DNA of 64,000 bases from the NCBI GenBank assembly GCA_965205015.1, contig OZ242029.1:3872001-3936000 (forward strand), in the 5' to 3' direction. This DNA comes from Candidatus Poribacteria bacterium. Lineage in GTDB: Bacteria > Poribacteria > WGA-4E > WGA-3G. This document shows positions 18,769 through 29,528 of the stretch, one piece after another (position 1 is the first letter of the stretch; every line of letters starts with the position of its first letter). A model generated the notes under the pieces. It saw nothing but the letters and a program-made list of their open reading frames with translations, had not been told where the DNA came from and made no database searches. The position numbers were made by a program, and so were the translations under genes.

Positions 18769-20712
18769 TTATTTCCCAATCGACACCCGAAACACGCCAC
18801 CGCCGACTGTGCCTGCGTAGAGAGAACCGTCATGTATTACCAACGAATCAACCCGGCGACGCAGTGAACCAATCCGTTCCCACCGCTTCTTATTTTCTGT
18901 CCATCGGAAAACACCCTCATAATATGTGCCTATGTAGGTGTCAGTACCATCTGTTTCTATTGTCATAACGGATAGATCTTCCAATCCGTCGTTTAGCCGT
19001 GTCCAAGAGTTACCGTCGTTCGTGGAACGGAAAACGCCGTTCTCCCAAGAGGTTGCGTAAAATATGGGTCCAAACCATTGTAGATCGGATATGAAATTAC
19101 CTACCATATCTGAACTGATAAGTTTCCACGATTTTCCTGCACTGTCTAACCGAAAAATCTCACCGCGCTGGGTGCCAGCATAGATTTTCTGTCCATTCAC
19201 TGACAGCGCCGTGACGACATGTCCTTCCAAGCCAAGACTGGTCCACGAATCCGAGCCCTGCGTCCAGCGAAAAACGCCTCTCCCTTGGGTGCCGACATAA
19301 AAGGTTGACCCGACGATCTCCATGCATTCGATCCCGTATAATTCACCGTCAGTTGCCAGTTCGATCAACGAGTTGCGCGCCTCATCCAATTGGAAAATCC
19401 CACCGACTACATCGCCAGGGGCATATTCGGTAGCTGCGACATAAAGCTTTCCACCCGCTTCAGACAAAGCCGCAAAATGATATGAAACAGGCAGTGAAGG
19501 AATCTGGACAGGTTGCCACGACTCTCCATCGTCAACTGAATAGACGAGCCTATGTCCTATTCCAGCGTAGATTGTTCCTCCAAGCACTTCCAATTCGGTG
19601 ACGGATGTATTCGTTAGCCCTGTGTTGGCTTCCGTCCAAGAGTTGCCACCATTCATTGTGCGAAAGACACCACCCTCCTGTGTTCCCACAAAGACAATGT
19701 CCTCACGCACTGCGAGCACTGCAGAAACCGTCCAGTCTATTAAGCCATCGTTGACAATGGTCCAAGAATCGCCTCTATCTTCCGATCGGAAAACGCCACC
19801 ACCATAGGTGCTCGCGTAGAGTGTTGTCCCAAATGTTGTCAATGCCTCAACGGTATGTGTCATCTCTTTGCTGGTGATGCGTGTCCATGAGTCCCCTTCG
19901 TCATCTGAACGGAAAAGCCCATCGTTTCCACCCATAAGTATGCCCATATAAAGCAGGTTTTCCATAGCAGCGAACGCGTCAACGCGTATCGTAGCTGGAG
20001 AGTACGGCGGTAGCGGTGTATCCCCCGATTCGAGACGTGCTTTATCAATGGGTCCCATGTCCATCGGTTGTGGAACAAAGCCTGCATTGATGGGTGTCCA
20101 TGAATTATCGCCAAATCTTTTGCGGAACGCTCCATCTTCCGTCCCCGCAACAAGCGTTGTCTCTATTTTCGAGAGCTCACGGATTAAGCGGTTTTCCAAT
20201 CCATCGTTTATGGGCATCCAAGAATCCCCATCATCTGAATACCAGACACCGTCCCCGAACGTGCCGATATATACGCGCGCACCAATCGTCACAATATCGC
20301 TGACGGACACACGCTTTGGGGGGGTTGGGACGTGATGCCATGTGTCGCCGCTGTCAGTTGAGGCATATAACTCCCCACTGCCGGCGTAGAGCATCTTTCT
20401 TTTCTGCGCGTAAACTTCGGCATATAAACCGTCTCCGGAGAAATCAGGCAGTCCCGTATTGACGGGTGTCCAAGAATCACCGAGATTTGTTGAACGGAAG
20501 ATACCGGCACCGCCCGTTCCGGCGAAAAGTATGCCTTCAGGCGTCGCATAGAGCGTGTTGATCTCTCCACCGTAGGGACCGTTGGTTTGTACCCAATCGT
20601 CTTCGTTGGATTTAGAGCCGACATCTGCCTTAAGTTGTGGTGCCAAACCGACGAAGAACATGACTGTGGCGATCCAAAGAATGGGCAACATACCCTTCGT
20701 TTGTTTCTTCAT
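18769..20712 (-). CDS. Secreted BNR/Asp-box (VPS10/YCF48-like) beta-propeller protein
   Basis: Signal peptide and many GVFRSxDxGxSW repeats. Confidence 0.85.
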   Translation of the reverse strand: MKKQTKGMLPILWIATVMFFVGLAPQLKADVGSKSNEDDWVQTNGPYGGEINTLYATPEGILFAGTGGAGIFRSTNLGDSWTPVNTGLPDFSGDGLYAEVYAQKRKMLYAGSGELYASTDSGDTWHHVPTPPKRVSVSDIVTIGARVYIGTFGDGVWYSDDGDSWMPINDGLENRLIRELSKIETTLVAGTEDGAFRKRFGDNSWTPINAGFVPQPMDMGPIDKARLESGDTPLPPYSPATIRVDAFAAMENLLYMGILMGGNDGLFRSDDEGDSWTRITSKEMTHTVEALTTFGTTLYASTYGGGVFRSEDRGDSWTIVNDGLIDWTVSAVLAVREDIVFVGTQEGGVFRTMNGGNSWTEANTGLTNTSVTELEVLGGTIYAGIGHRLVYSVDDGESWQPVQIPSLPVSYHFAALSEAGGKLYVAATEYAPGDVVGGIFQLDEARNSLIELATDGELYGIECMEIVGSTFYVGTQGRGVFRWTQGSDSWTSLGLEGHVVTALSVNGQKIYAGTQRGEIFRLDSAGKSWKLISSDMVGNFISDLQWFGPIFYATSWENGVFRSTNDGNSWTRLNDGLEDLSVMTIETDGTDTYIGTYYEGVFRWTENKKRWERIGSLRRRVDSLVIHDGSLYAGTVGGGVFRVSIGK

Positions 20713-20718
20713 GGGTGG

Positions 20719-21582
20719 CTAATTCAAGGCACTCACACGCGGACGTCCTAAGAGGCTCATCAACCGATCGTCTGCATTTTCCAAAGCGTCTTTCGGAACA
20801 GGCACACCGTTGCAGAGACTAAACCGCCAATACGCCCAGTAGGCGGCATATTGCGATTGCAAAATATAACGCGTCTTACCCGAAAGATTCGGTGCCCCCC
20901 GATGCCAACACTGTGGATCCTGTAGATAGATGTCGCCCGCCTTACATAAGATAGAAACCGGTTTATTCCCTTCAAACTCAGGATTGTCCTGATCGTTGGG
21001 ATGTCTGCCGGAATAATGGCTACCGCGGACGTATTGCGTCGGTCCCTCTTCAATCGTATCAATATCGTTCAACGCCATCTGGACGGTGAACCACATCACA
21101 GGCATCCGCAAACGAGGATCGTGGCGCGGCATCTCTTCGGTAACCGGGAAGTGCACCGAGCCGTCAACATGCCATCGGTCAATCGAGAGCCCGGGGAGGT
21201 TCCGTAGGACGTTCTGTCCACAAAACTTGCAGTTCTCACCGACGATCGCCTCTGCCAAACTCAGAATCGGTTCACGGAGGAGCATATCCCGGAAAATCGG
21301 ATCGAGTTCGATCGTGTTCCGTAAAATAAAGGGTAGCGTTTCTTGGGATTCGGCATGCGCACCCATCTGGATGTATCTGACATCCGCAAGTTCAGGATTC
21401 GTTATCTCTGCGAGTTGTGGATCCGAGAAAAGTTCATCGCTTTTTTCTCGCAATGCGGTGACCTCTCCCTCAGTTAACACTCCCGGAATATAGACGAAGC
21501 CATCACGGAAGAATTGCTCGGCAATCTGTGCCGTTTTCTCTTCGCTAAAAGGCTCGCCCTTGAGAATTGGACTGTTTGCCAT
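20719..21582 (-). CDS. Phytanoyl-CoA dioxygenase (PhyH) family protein
   Basis: FFRDGF, WHVD, GPT.YV.GSH, AGD and WHRG.PN...R motifs. Confidence 0.9.
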   Translation of the reverse strand: MANSPILKGEPFSEEKTAQIAEQFFRDGFVYIPGVLTEGEVTALREKSDELFSDPQLAEITNPELADVRYIQMGAHAESQETLPFILRNTIELDPIFRDMLLREPILSLAEAIVGENCKFCGQNVLRNLPGLSIDRWHVDGSVHFPVTEEMPRHDPRLRMPVMWFTVQMALNDIDTIEEGPTQYVRGSHYSGRHPNDQDNPEFEGNKPVSILCKAGDIYLQDPQCWHRGAPNLSGKTRYILQSQYAAYWAYWRFSLCNGVPVPKDALENADDRLMSLLGRPRVSALN

Positions 21583-21613
21583 GTTGTGTCTCCTTTTTTA
21601 CCCAAAAGCCATA

Positions 21614-21641
21614 GTAGGGTAGGCACAAGACCTACCCCTAC
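21614..21641 (-). repeat. GTAG-type REP palindrome, same family as the 56-bp tandem array
   Basis: GGGTAGGCACAAGACCTACCCCTAC versus GGGCAGGTACAAGACCTGCCCCTAC at 50129. Confidence 0.7.
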
Positions 21642-21682
21642 AGACTTGAAAACCTGTGTTAAAACGTCCAAACCTATTGGGT

Positions 21683-23140
21683 TTAATCCAGATAATCCAT
21701 TTCTGGTAGCAGATTCCATCGGTACTGGTCTGCTGGTTGTATGTTCCGTCCCCATCTGCCGAGAAGTTGTGTGTCGGCTTGTTTCGCAGCCATCTGCGTG
21801 GCAATCGAATCCGGGTCCCAACCCTCCAATACTTTTTGTGTCAAATGTTCTAAAATGTCTTGGCATGCGGGATCGTCTACCCGGTCTTGCAATTCGTTTG
21901 GGTCATCCTTTAAATTGAAAAGCTGCGGGGGGTGTCCGTGATAGTAATTCAACTTCCACTCACCCTCTCTGACCATCCGATGATAGCACCCGTCATCGGT
22001 ACAATATTCAGAGAAGGCGAGGTCTTCCCATTGTGTATCCTCATCGCGGAGGAGCGGTAAGGTGCTTCGACCGCGGGAATGTGGTAACGGTGGTGCACCG
22101 AGTGCATCGAGCATCGTGGCGTTCAAATCAAGCGAACTGACAACCCGATCGCACCGCACGCCTTCCGGTAAAGCCCCGCGCCACGATAAAATTGCCGGGA
22201 CCTTCACGGAATGTTCATAAAACGTCTGTTTCCACCAGAGTCCGTGTTCGCCGACCTGCTCACCGTGGTCTGAACTGTAGAGGATGAGGGTGTTCTCATC
22301 CAACCCGTTTTCTCGGAGTGCCGTTAAGATCTGTCCAATCATCACGTCCATTCGTGTGACTAACGCCCAATATGCCGTGCGTGCGCGAAGTATCTCGGCA
22401 TCCGAGACCTCAACAATACCACACTTTTCACGCCACCACCGAAAGTAGGGATGCAACGCCTTTGAGAAAGGTTCAGGATGTTGCGGCATCGTCATCTGCG
22501 CTTCATACAGTTGATAATCCTCTTGACGGGCAACGAAAGGTTGATGCGGGAGCATGAACCCGACGGAAATCGAAAAGGGAGCGTCTAAAAGTCCTGCCCG
22601 TTTCTGGACACCGAGTCGGTTGAGGGAATCAACCGTTGCAGCGGTTACATCCTCATCGTGGACCTGATAGGCACTTTGACCCGCTCCCGATTTCTCAAGG
22701 CTTACACGTGCCGGTCCTGCAGTTCCAGAAAGTTCGCCGTGGTCAACGCCGCTCCCACCGTGGTAGTTTGGACCGTGGTCCCCGACGAGGCGTTCGGCAT
22801 ACCCGTGCAGTTGATCGGGTCCGAGTGCGTGCATTCGTCCGATAAGCACCGGTTGATAACCCGCCGCTCCCATCGCATGTGCAAATGTAGGGATACTGGA
22901 GTCAAGGATGTGACTGTTCGTCCAGACAGCGTTCTCATGTGGGTAGCGTCCACTCAACATTGACATCCGGGATGGCACGCAGATCGGAGAGGGGCAATAG
23001 ACGTTTTCAAAGACCACCCCCTCGGCGGCGAGGCTATCGAGATGAGGTGTCTGCACCAACGGATCGCCGTAGCAACCCGTCACATAAGGATCATGCTGGT
23101 CGGAATGGATATAGAGTAGATTGGGACCTTGAGGAGGCAT
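21683..23140 (-). CDS. Sulfatase (choline-sulfatase-like)
   Basis: CVPSR FGly motif, SDQH, GRMH, PHQPF and SDHG. Confidence 0.92.
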   Translation of the reverse strand: MPPQGPNLLYIHSDQHDPYVTGCYGDPLVQTPHLDSLAAEGVVFENVYCPSPICVPSRMSMLSGRYPHENAVWTNSHILDSSIPTFAHAMGAAGYQPVLIGRMHALGPDQLHGYAERLVGDHGPNYHGGSGVDHGELSGTAGPARVSLEKSGAGQSAYQVHDEDVTAATVDSLNRLGVQKRAGLLDAPFSISVGFMLPHQPFVARQEDYQLYEAQMTMPQHPEPFSKALHPYFRWWREKCGIVEVSDAEILRARTAYWALVTRMDVMIGQILTALRENGLDENTLILYSSDHGEQVGEHGLWWKQTFYEHSVKVPAILSWRGALPEGVRCDRVVSSLDLNATMLDALGAPPLPHSRGRSTLPLLRDEDTQWEDLAFSEYCTDDGCYHRMVREGEWKLNYYHGHPPQLFNLKDDPNELQDRVDDPACQDILEHLTQKVLEGWDPDSIATQMAAKQADTQLLGRWGRNIQPADQYRWNLLPEMDYLD

Positions 23141-23176
23141 CTAAAATCCCTCGTGAAACTTCATCGGATTTCCTTC

Positions 23177-23263
23177 ATTATAAACAGATATAGGTTTTTG
23201 TCAAGAGAAGCGGTTTCCTAAGTTATTGTTCGTGTTGACATTTGAACGGTTTTTCTGTAGAAT
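23177..23263. promoter_or_regulatory. Divergent sigma70 promoter pair
   Basis: Minus strand TTGACA-16-TATAAT (23204 to 23177); plus strand TTGACA-17-TAGAAT (23235-23263). Confidence 0.65.
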
Positions 23264-23326
23264 AAAGCCTAATTTCAATACGTCTTTGACATATTTGGTT
23301 CATCTCACCCAAAAGGAGACAGGACA

Positions 23327-23731
23327 ATGGCATTTTTGAGACACATCGCACTGCGGACGAAGGATATGGAAGCCTCGCGTCGCTTTTACGAAACCATCGG
23401 TTTTGCGTTTGTTGGGTATCGGGGACGCGGTGGGTTAGACCTCTCGGATGGCACGCTGAACATGACGATTCTCCAATACAACGGTACCGAACGCCCGCCG
23501 TTTGAGGAAGGCACAGAGTTTATCCATTTCGGTATCATCGTTGAGGATTTGGCGAGTATTTACAGCACCCTCAAGGATGGCGGTTTTGAATTGATCATGG
23601 ATAACGTGAAAAAAGGGGATGAGATTGATGACGACAAGCCCCCGGATCGCTCCTTCAAAGTTGCGGATCCCGACGGAAATGTCGTCGATATTACCTGCGC
23701 AAAAGATGAATGGCGTGGCGTGACGGTCTAA
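23327..23731 (+). CDS. VOC/glyoxalase family protein
   Basis: HIALRTKDMEASRRFY, HFGIIVED and DPDGN motifs. Confidence 0.88.
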   Translation: MAFLRHIALRTKDMEASRRFYETIGFAFVGYRGRGGLDLSDGTLNMTILQYNGTERPPFEEGTEFIHFGIIVEDLASIYSTLKDGGFELIMDNVKKGDEIDDDKPPDRSFKVADPDGNVVDITCAKDEWRGVTV

Positions 23732-23749
23732 TTTGCATTGGGAAGAACA

Positions 23750-24574
23750 ATGACATTTCAATTTCGAGATTCTATGGTCAATGAATACCTTTCGGAAGGG
23801 TATCTTATCCTTCGGGGGATTGTGCCACCGTCGTTGCTTACGGATTTACGCCGAGAGGCGGAGAAGGCACGCGATCTGGCACATAAACGCAACGGACCGC
23901 AAACGCAACGGATTCAGCCGCTATCCAATTACGGCGATGAATTGGATCTGAAACCTTTTTACGACTATACAGAGTTACCGGAACTCCGTGACGCTATCGA
24001 AAAATTACTCGGTCCTGACTACACGCACGGTCACGTTGATATCATGGGACTCCTTGTTGAGCCCCTTGAGCATCCGTGGCACATCGGTTGGCACCGAGAT
24101 GGCGTTGTTGAGGTTCCGCCTGAGGCGCGGGACGAGATCGTCAACGCAAGGTTGGCAGAAGTTTGGTATGACCTACGCCACTTCAATCAGGTCAACTGCG
24201 CGATTTATGCAGATTCCTGTACGTGGTTCGTCCCGGGCAGTCATCTACGCCAGTGGGATCTGCCCGGCGAAGCACAATCAACAAACGATCCGAAACTGCG
24301 GAAACCTGCTGAGGGTCAGTCCAACGCGGAAGCCGAGCGATTCTGTTTAGAGCATTGTCGGCAGTTTCCGGGCGCGATTCAAGTGCATCTGGGACCGGGA
24401 GATTTCATGGTTTACCGGAACCTCGCGTGGCATACGGGGAACTACATCACCTATCAACCGCGCGCAACGATTCACGATGTCGTCCGCTATGAAGGAAAGA
24501 AAGACTGGACGGATTGGCAACAGACGAAATTGGATGCCGTCAAACGGATGAAGGAAAAACATTCTGAATTATAA
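23750..24574 (+). CDS. PhyH-family Fe/2OG dioxygenase
   Basis: EGYLIL, WHRD, VPGSH, L.PGD and WHTG motifs. Confidence 0.85.
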   Translation: MTFQFRDSMVNEYLSEGYLILRGIVPPSLLTDLRREAEKARDLAHKRNGPQTQRIQPLSNYGDELDLKPFYDYTELPELRDAIEKLLGPDYTHGHVDIMGLLVEPLEHPWHIGWHRDGVVEVPPEARDEIVNARLAEVWYDLRHFNQVNCAIYADSCTWFVPGSHLRQWDLPGEAQSTNDPKLRKPAEGQSNAEAERFCLEHCRQFPGAIQVHLGPGDFMVYRNLAWHTGNYITYQPRATIHDVVRYEGKKDWTDWQQTKLDAVKRMKEKHSEL

Positions 24575-25771
24575 CCGATCGACTGTGTATGCCTCTAACA
24601 ACGCTTCGTCCACATCTACACCAAAGCCGGGGGCATCGTTGAGCGTGAAAAATCCATCGTGAGGTATAGGGCGCAAGCGACGATACAATTCGTTCTCAAC
24701 GCCGTCTCGGGAAGGTCCGAAGGTCTCTGCCATACACGGCATCGGAAGGCAGGCGGTGAGATGCAATCCCCACGGGGTCCCTGCTTGGTGGAGCCATGTC
24801 GGGATATCGCCTTCAGCGGCTTCACGTGCGATGCGTAAACATTCCGTGAACCCACCCGCCCAACTAATATCGGGTTGAATCATATCCGCTGCCTTCCAAC
24901 GCAGCAACTCCCGAAATCCGTATCGCGTGAATTCATGTTCACCGGAGACAATCCAAGCCGGTTGGACATCGCGGACTAATTGTGCCATGCCTGCGTAGTC
25001 GTCAAGTGGGATCGGTTCTTCGATCCATTTGAGATTCACATCAGAAGCTGCCTCGGCGAAACGGAGCGTATAATCCACATCCCAACGGAGATAGATGTCT
25101 GCCATTAATTCTGTTTCCGTTCCGACAGCGTCTCGTGCGGCGTGTATCAATTCGACGTTTTCCGCAAACCCATCTTCACCCTCCGTAAGACCGTTACGGA
25201 GCGGCAGTTTACAAGCAGCGAAGCCGTTCTCCGCGTAATAACCGACATCGGCACCCGTCGCGTATGCCGGGATCTTAAGACGTGGCGTATCCGTAATAAG
25301 ACTATAGACAGGTGTGTCCACAATCTTTCCACATAGGTCAACAAGCGCGAGTTCGATGCCGCTCAAGACGTAAATCACCAAACCGCGTCGCCCATAAATG
25401 GAGGTGATATGATACAGACGCTCCCAAATCTCCTCAACCTCAAGCGGGTCGCGTCCGATGATGAAGTTCTGGAGGTGTTTCTCAATGATGAGCGCGCCAG
25501 CAAGTCCGCCACCGCCAAGACCGTATCCTTTCAACCCCTTATCGGTGGTAATTTCAACGACTAACGCCCCGGCTTGTGCGGCGAAAGGACCCCGCCAATC
25601 GACATGTGCCGTCTGCGTAGCGGGTTTCTGCCACTGTCCCTTAGCAAACCCCAAACCGGGCATTGCGCGAGGGTTCAGGTTGACGTGCCACGTCCGAATT
25701 CCGACAACGGTATGCCGCGTTTTGGCACGTGTTTTCCATGTATCCGCTAATGTAGGTTGATTGGATTGCAT
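24569..25771 (-). CDS. Mandelate racemase/enolase-superfamily sugar-acid dehydratase (L-rhamnonate dehydratase-like)
   Basis: YGRRG, LMAD, WIEEP, SGEHEFTRYGF, QPDISWAGG and PGFGVD motifs. Confidence 0.85.
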   Translation of the reverse strand: MQSNQPTLADTWKTRAKTRHTVVGIRTWHVNLNPRAMPGLGFAKGQWQKPATQTAHVDWRGPFAAQAGALVVEITTDKGLKGYGLGGGGLAGALIIEKHLQNFIIGRDPLEVEEIWERLYHITSIYGRRGLVIYVLSGIELALVDLCGKIVDTPVYSLITDTPRLKIPAYATGADVGYYAENGFAACKLPLRNGLTEGEDGFAENVELIHAARDAVGTETELMADIYLRWDVDYTLRFAEAASDVNLKWIEEPIPLDDYAGMAQLVRDVQPAWIVSGEHEFTRYGFRELLRWKAADMIQPDISWAGGFTECLRIAREAAEGDIPTWLHQAGTPWGLHLTACLPMPCMAETFGPSRDGVENELYRRLRPIPHDGFFTLNDAPGFGVDVDEALLEAYTVDRL

Positions 25772-25833
25772 GAGATGTCTCCTTTAAAAGTCCCTTCTGA
25801 TTGACAGCAAATGTTTGCAAATGCCCCTATAAG

Positions 25834-27867
25834 TCATGATGGCAGCGCAAAATAACCGATGCCTGTGAAGAAACCAACTATCATCCAGAGTCCCACCATC
25901 ACGTACTCGCCGAAAATCAGACCGAACGCGACGGGTCGAATCTTTCGATACGTTGTGGCACCGCCAAACTTAAGTGCCATATATTTAATGAACCACCCGA
26001 TCAAAATTGACGACCAGAGGTGAAAAGGTGGATACGTTGCGCCGAGAAGGTAACCGATTGGATGCAGAGACCACCAGACAAAATTCTGCCGCATCCAGAG
26101 CATAAACCCCGTAAACCCCGCCCCCGCAATCATACTGTAGACCTCATCCCATTTCGTCTCAATAGGGAATTGGATGAGGCTGCTCATCCGTTGAAAATAG
26201 TTACGCGGCGCGACCACGAAAGCCCAACTCTGTAAAAACAGCGCGCCCTTGTCGTAAATTAGCGTCAACGAGGCGTAAACCGAAACGAGGAGTGCTACGA
26301 CAATTGAGACCCACAAAATCGGCATAATACGTCGACGAGCGAGTTTCACCTCATCTGCTGCTTTGAAACTGTGTAGAAAGTTTGGCATCATAAATTCGCC
26401 CCAATCGCGTAGGAAGGTACGTTGGAAACTCAGGATCGCAAGACTCTTATGTCCTAATGCGTTGGACCCTAAAGTAATATCAATATATTCAGAAGGGAAA
26501 AAAGGAGCCTGCACCAGCAACAGTCCCCCGTTAACCACCATCCAAGACAAAACGATTGATGTGATAAAGATGGAGAGCAGCGTCACGACCGCAACCCATG
26601 TTGTTACACCCGCGACGACTAAAAACACAACGAGAACGATAAACCCTAAGAGAAATCCAAGCAGTGCCACGCGATACGAGACGGGTTCGTTTGAATCGTC
26701 TATTGATTGACCTCCTGTGGTGGAGTGGCTCGCCCTTGCGTGTCCGAGACCAAACGTTTTCCTAAAAACTGTTATGATGTGTTCACGCCCGATCCAGAAA
26801 ACGGCGGGAACAAAAACGAGATAACCGCCCATAACTTGACGGCTACAGCTAATCCATGGACCGATGCTGAGTCCGATCGCGTTCATGATGATATACTGGA
26901 GTTTGAAAAAGAGATAGAAGAACCAGAGGCTAAACGAAACCTCAAGTGTGAGTAAAGAGGCGATCCCGATGACGGAAAAATAGATGACGAACCGCATCGC
27001 GGGCCACCATCCGAGTGTATGCCACGGTTTCTCAGTGAAGACGGTGTAGATATTGTAAATGAGTGGGATCTCCGGCACCCTCGGAAAATGCGCATGCAAC
27101 CCGTTGATAAGGTGCAACACCACCGGCAGTATCATTCCTGCCCAAAGGAGTCTGTTTTTGAAAAAGGTATTGAGGAGTGTGCCGCGCGCCGGTTCAGCAG
27201 CGAGCTGTATCGGAATCTGAATTAAGGGAAACGAAAACCTTTCACGTTCTACCCACTGTTTCCGGAGGATTGTGGAAAGGCAGAGGGTCGTGAAATAGAA
27301 GACGAAAACGAAAAGCCCCCAAACAAGTAGTGGCTTGAGCCAGAGCATCCACGGAACGCTTTCACCCGGAGAAATCCCTTCATAGAAGTCTATGACCGCG
27401 TGCGGTTCCGTGACGACGAGCCATTCTGGGACGTGTGGATGGAGCGTTTCTGACCAATCGTTCTCCGTCGTCGCAAAGTACTGCAGTGCCACAAGAGATG
27501 GAAGCAGAAACTGCAACAACCCCATTGACGGGATGCCGACTGCGACGATTAGCATCATCCAGACAACGGTTAATTCAAGCGCAGAAAAGGCGAAACGCCC
27601 GTTCCGCATCAATTTACGCAACGGTACATTGACGAGGAACACCAAAATGAGAATCCCGAAGATTGAACCAACAGGGAGGTGATTGCCTGCGATCTTGGTA
27701 TTTTGTAGGAAATAGTTGTTGTAGGGTGTGATTGCACACATGGCCCCTATCAAAAGCAGTCCTACGAGAATAGCAGGAAACCGGATTTTTTGGTTTTTTA
27801 ACGCTTGGGGTTCGGTTCCGATTTTTCCGTTGTTAAAATCGGGGTTTTGGGGCGCATTTAGCAACAT
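25834..27867 (-). CDS. DUF6785/DUF6784-like polytopic membrane protein, paralog 2
   Basis: FATTENDW, RKQWVERERFSFP, WSLHPIGY and GLIFGEY motifs; many TM segments. Confidence 0.75.
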   Translation of the reverse strand: MLLNAPQNPDFNNGKIGTEPQALKNQKIRFPAILVGLLLIGAMCAITPYNNYFLQNTKIAGNHLPVGSIFGILILVFLVNVPLRKLMRNGRFAFSALELTVVWMMLIVAVGIPSMGLLQFLLPSLVALQYFATTENDWSETLHPHVPEWLVVTEPHAVIDFYEGISPGESVPWMLWLKPLLVWGLFVFVFYFTTLCLSTILRKQWVERERFSFPLIQIPIQLAAEPARGTLLNTFFKNRLLWAGMILPVVLHLINGLHAHFPRVPEIPLIYNIYTVFTEKPWHTLGWWPAMRFVIYFSVIGIASLLTLEVSFSLWFFYLFFKLQYIIMNAIGLSIGPWISCSRQVMGGYLVFVPAVFWIGREHIITVFRKTFGLGHARASHSTTGGQSIDDSNEPVSYRVALLGFLLGFIVLVVFLVVAGVTTWVAVVTLLSIFITSIVLSWMVVNGGLLLVQAPFFPSEYIDITLGSNALGHKSLAILSFQRTFLRDWGEFMMPNFLHSFKAADEVKLARRRIMPILWVSIVVALLVSVYASLTLIYDKGALFLQSWAFVVAPRNYFQRMSSLIQFPIETKWDEVYSMIAGAGFTGFMLWMRQNFVWWSLHPIGYLLGATYPPFHLWSSILIGWFIKYMALKFGGATTYRKIRPVAFGLIFGEYVMVGLWMIVGFFTGIGYFALPS

Positions 27868-27887
27868 CGGTTATCGGTCATCGAACA

Positions 27888-29348
27888 TCAGGCTTCGTCT
27901 CTCACTGAGGGACGATAGAGACAGGTTTCCGCATCGACAACACGCCCATCAGGGAGTGTATACTGATTCGGAGTGCCTCGACCCCACGGCTCTTTGAAAT
28001 CTCGGCTTCTCTCTCTATCCACTGCTATCTGTTCCTCAACAGATTTCCATGAGAATCCATCCATGAGTTGATGATGGAGAGATGCCTCCACTTCTTGGGA
28101 TGCTGCTTGACCTGCGAGATTCTCAAATTCACCCGGGTCTGTTTCTAAATCAAAGAGAATGGATTCATCTTCAGGGAAGGCAACATATTTATAGCGAGGC
28201 GTTCGGAGCATACGCATCGGTCCGGTGGTTTGGTTCGACCAGTATTCGGTGATCGCAGTGTTACGCCACCCTTCAGTGTCACCTGTCATAAGATTCGTCA
28301 GTGCTGCGCCATCTAAATCTTCGGGGACAGGAATACCGGCGCTGGTACAGAGCGTTGGGAAGAGGTCGTTTAGCTCGACAGGGGCAGTGACTCGCTCTCC
28401 GTGTGACTGCGGTAGGTGTCTATCCCATACGATTAAAGGCACCCGTGCGGCTGCTTCATAGTAACTTGATTTCCACCACTGTCCGTGTTCTCCTGCCATT
28501 TCACCGTGATCGGTCGTATAAACGATGATAGTGTTATCCAGTAAACCATCGCGTTCTAAAAGTGTGAGCAGATCTCCAACGGTCTCATCAAGGAACTCGC
28601 AACAGGCATAGTAGGCTGCGCGCGCTTTGCGAGCTTCTTCGGTTGGGATTTCATCCGTCTTGAAGTTGTCTCGTAAACCTTTCGCGAAGCGGTGCGTCTG
28701 TTCCAAGTGTCCCTCTGGAACGTTCGGCATATCGATATTATCGGGCCAATACTTATCGAAAAGTCGCTTGGGTGCCGTGAGGGGAAAATGTGGACGGCTG
28801 TAACTTGCCAGCAGGAACCATGGCTGTCCCGAGGGTTGTGATCTTAAGTATTCAAGCGTTTCCGTATTGATAACCCGTTCTTGTAGCATACTGGTCGGAA
28901 TTTCGGTGATTCCAGCGAGTCGCGTGCGTTGTCGTGTACCAGATGGCGTCTTCAAAGGATCTGTTTGGTGCCCAGCATATCCACGTAAATCGCCGTAGGG
29001 GCGAGACTGGAAACCGTTGTTCTGCTCTTTTCCACCGAAGTGCATCTTTCCAACGAGTGCGGTCGCATAACCGTGCTGCGCGAAATGTGCGGGCATCGTG
29101 AGGTGTTCAGGAAACAGGACGGATCCGTTATTCCATGCTGAACATCGATGGGCATATTTTCCGGTTAGCATACACATCCGGGAGGGAGTGCAGAGCGGAA
29201 CTTGGCAGTAGGCACTTTCAAAATAGGTGCCAGATTTAGCGAGCTGGTCAAGATTTGGTGTTTGGACAATGTCATTGCCTTTACATCCTATGGCATGCGG
29301 ACTGTGTTCATCGCTCATCAAAAATAGGATATTCGGTTTTTGAGCCAT
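27888..29348 (-). CDS. Sulfatase (choline-sulfatase-like)
   Basis: CTPSR FGly motif, SDEH, GKMH, PHFP and TDHG. Confidence 0.92.
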   Translation of the reverse strand: MAQKPNILFLMSDEHSPHAIGCKGNDIVQTPNLDQLAKSGTYFESAYCQVPLCTPSRMCMLTGKYAHRCSAWNNGSVLFPEHLTMPAHFAQHGYATALVGKMHFGGKEQNNGFQSRPYGDLRGYAGHQTDPLKTPSGTRQRTRLAGITEIPTSMLQERVINTETLEYLRSQPSGQPWFLLASYSRPHFPLTAPKRLFDKYWPDNIDMPNVPEGHLEQTHRFAKGLRDNFKTDEIPTEEARKARAAYYACCEFLDETVGDLLTLLERDGLLDNTIIVYTTDHGEMAGEHGQWWKSSYYEAAARVPLIVWDRHLPQSHGERVTAPVELNDLFPTLCTSAGIPVPEDLDGAALTNLMTGDTEGWRNTAITEYWSNQTTGPMRMLRTPRYKYVAFPEDESILFDLETDPGEFENLAGQAASQEVEASLHHQLMDGFSWKSVEEQIAVDRERSRDFKEPWGRGTPNQYTLPDGRVVDAETCLYRPSVRDEA

Positions 29349-29528
29349 TAATTCAAAAAATCTCCTTTTTCCTGTTCATCGCCGTTTCAAGAAGTAATTC
29401 GATCTCATCTCTCCGCTTTAGTTTACACGACTTCGCATCAATGTGCAAGTGGATTTTAAGTGAGGTAGAAATATGGAACTACGTTAACTGGCGGATTACA
29501 CGTTAATCTTTCTTATCCTGAAAATCCA

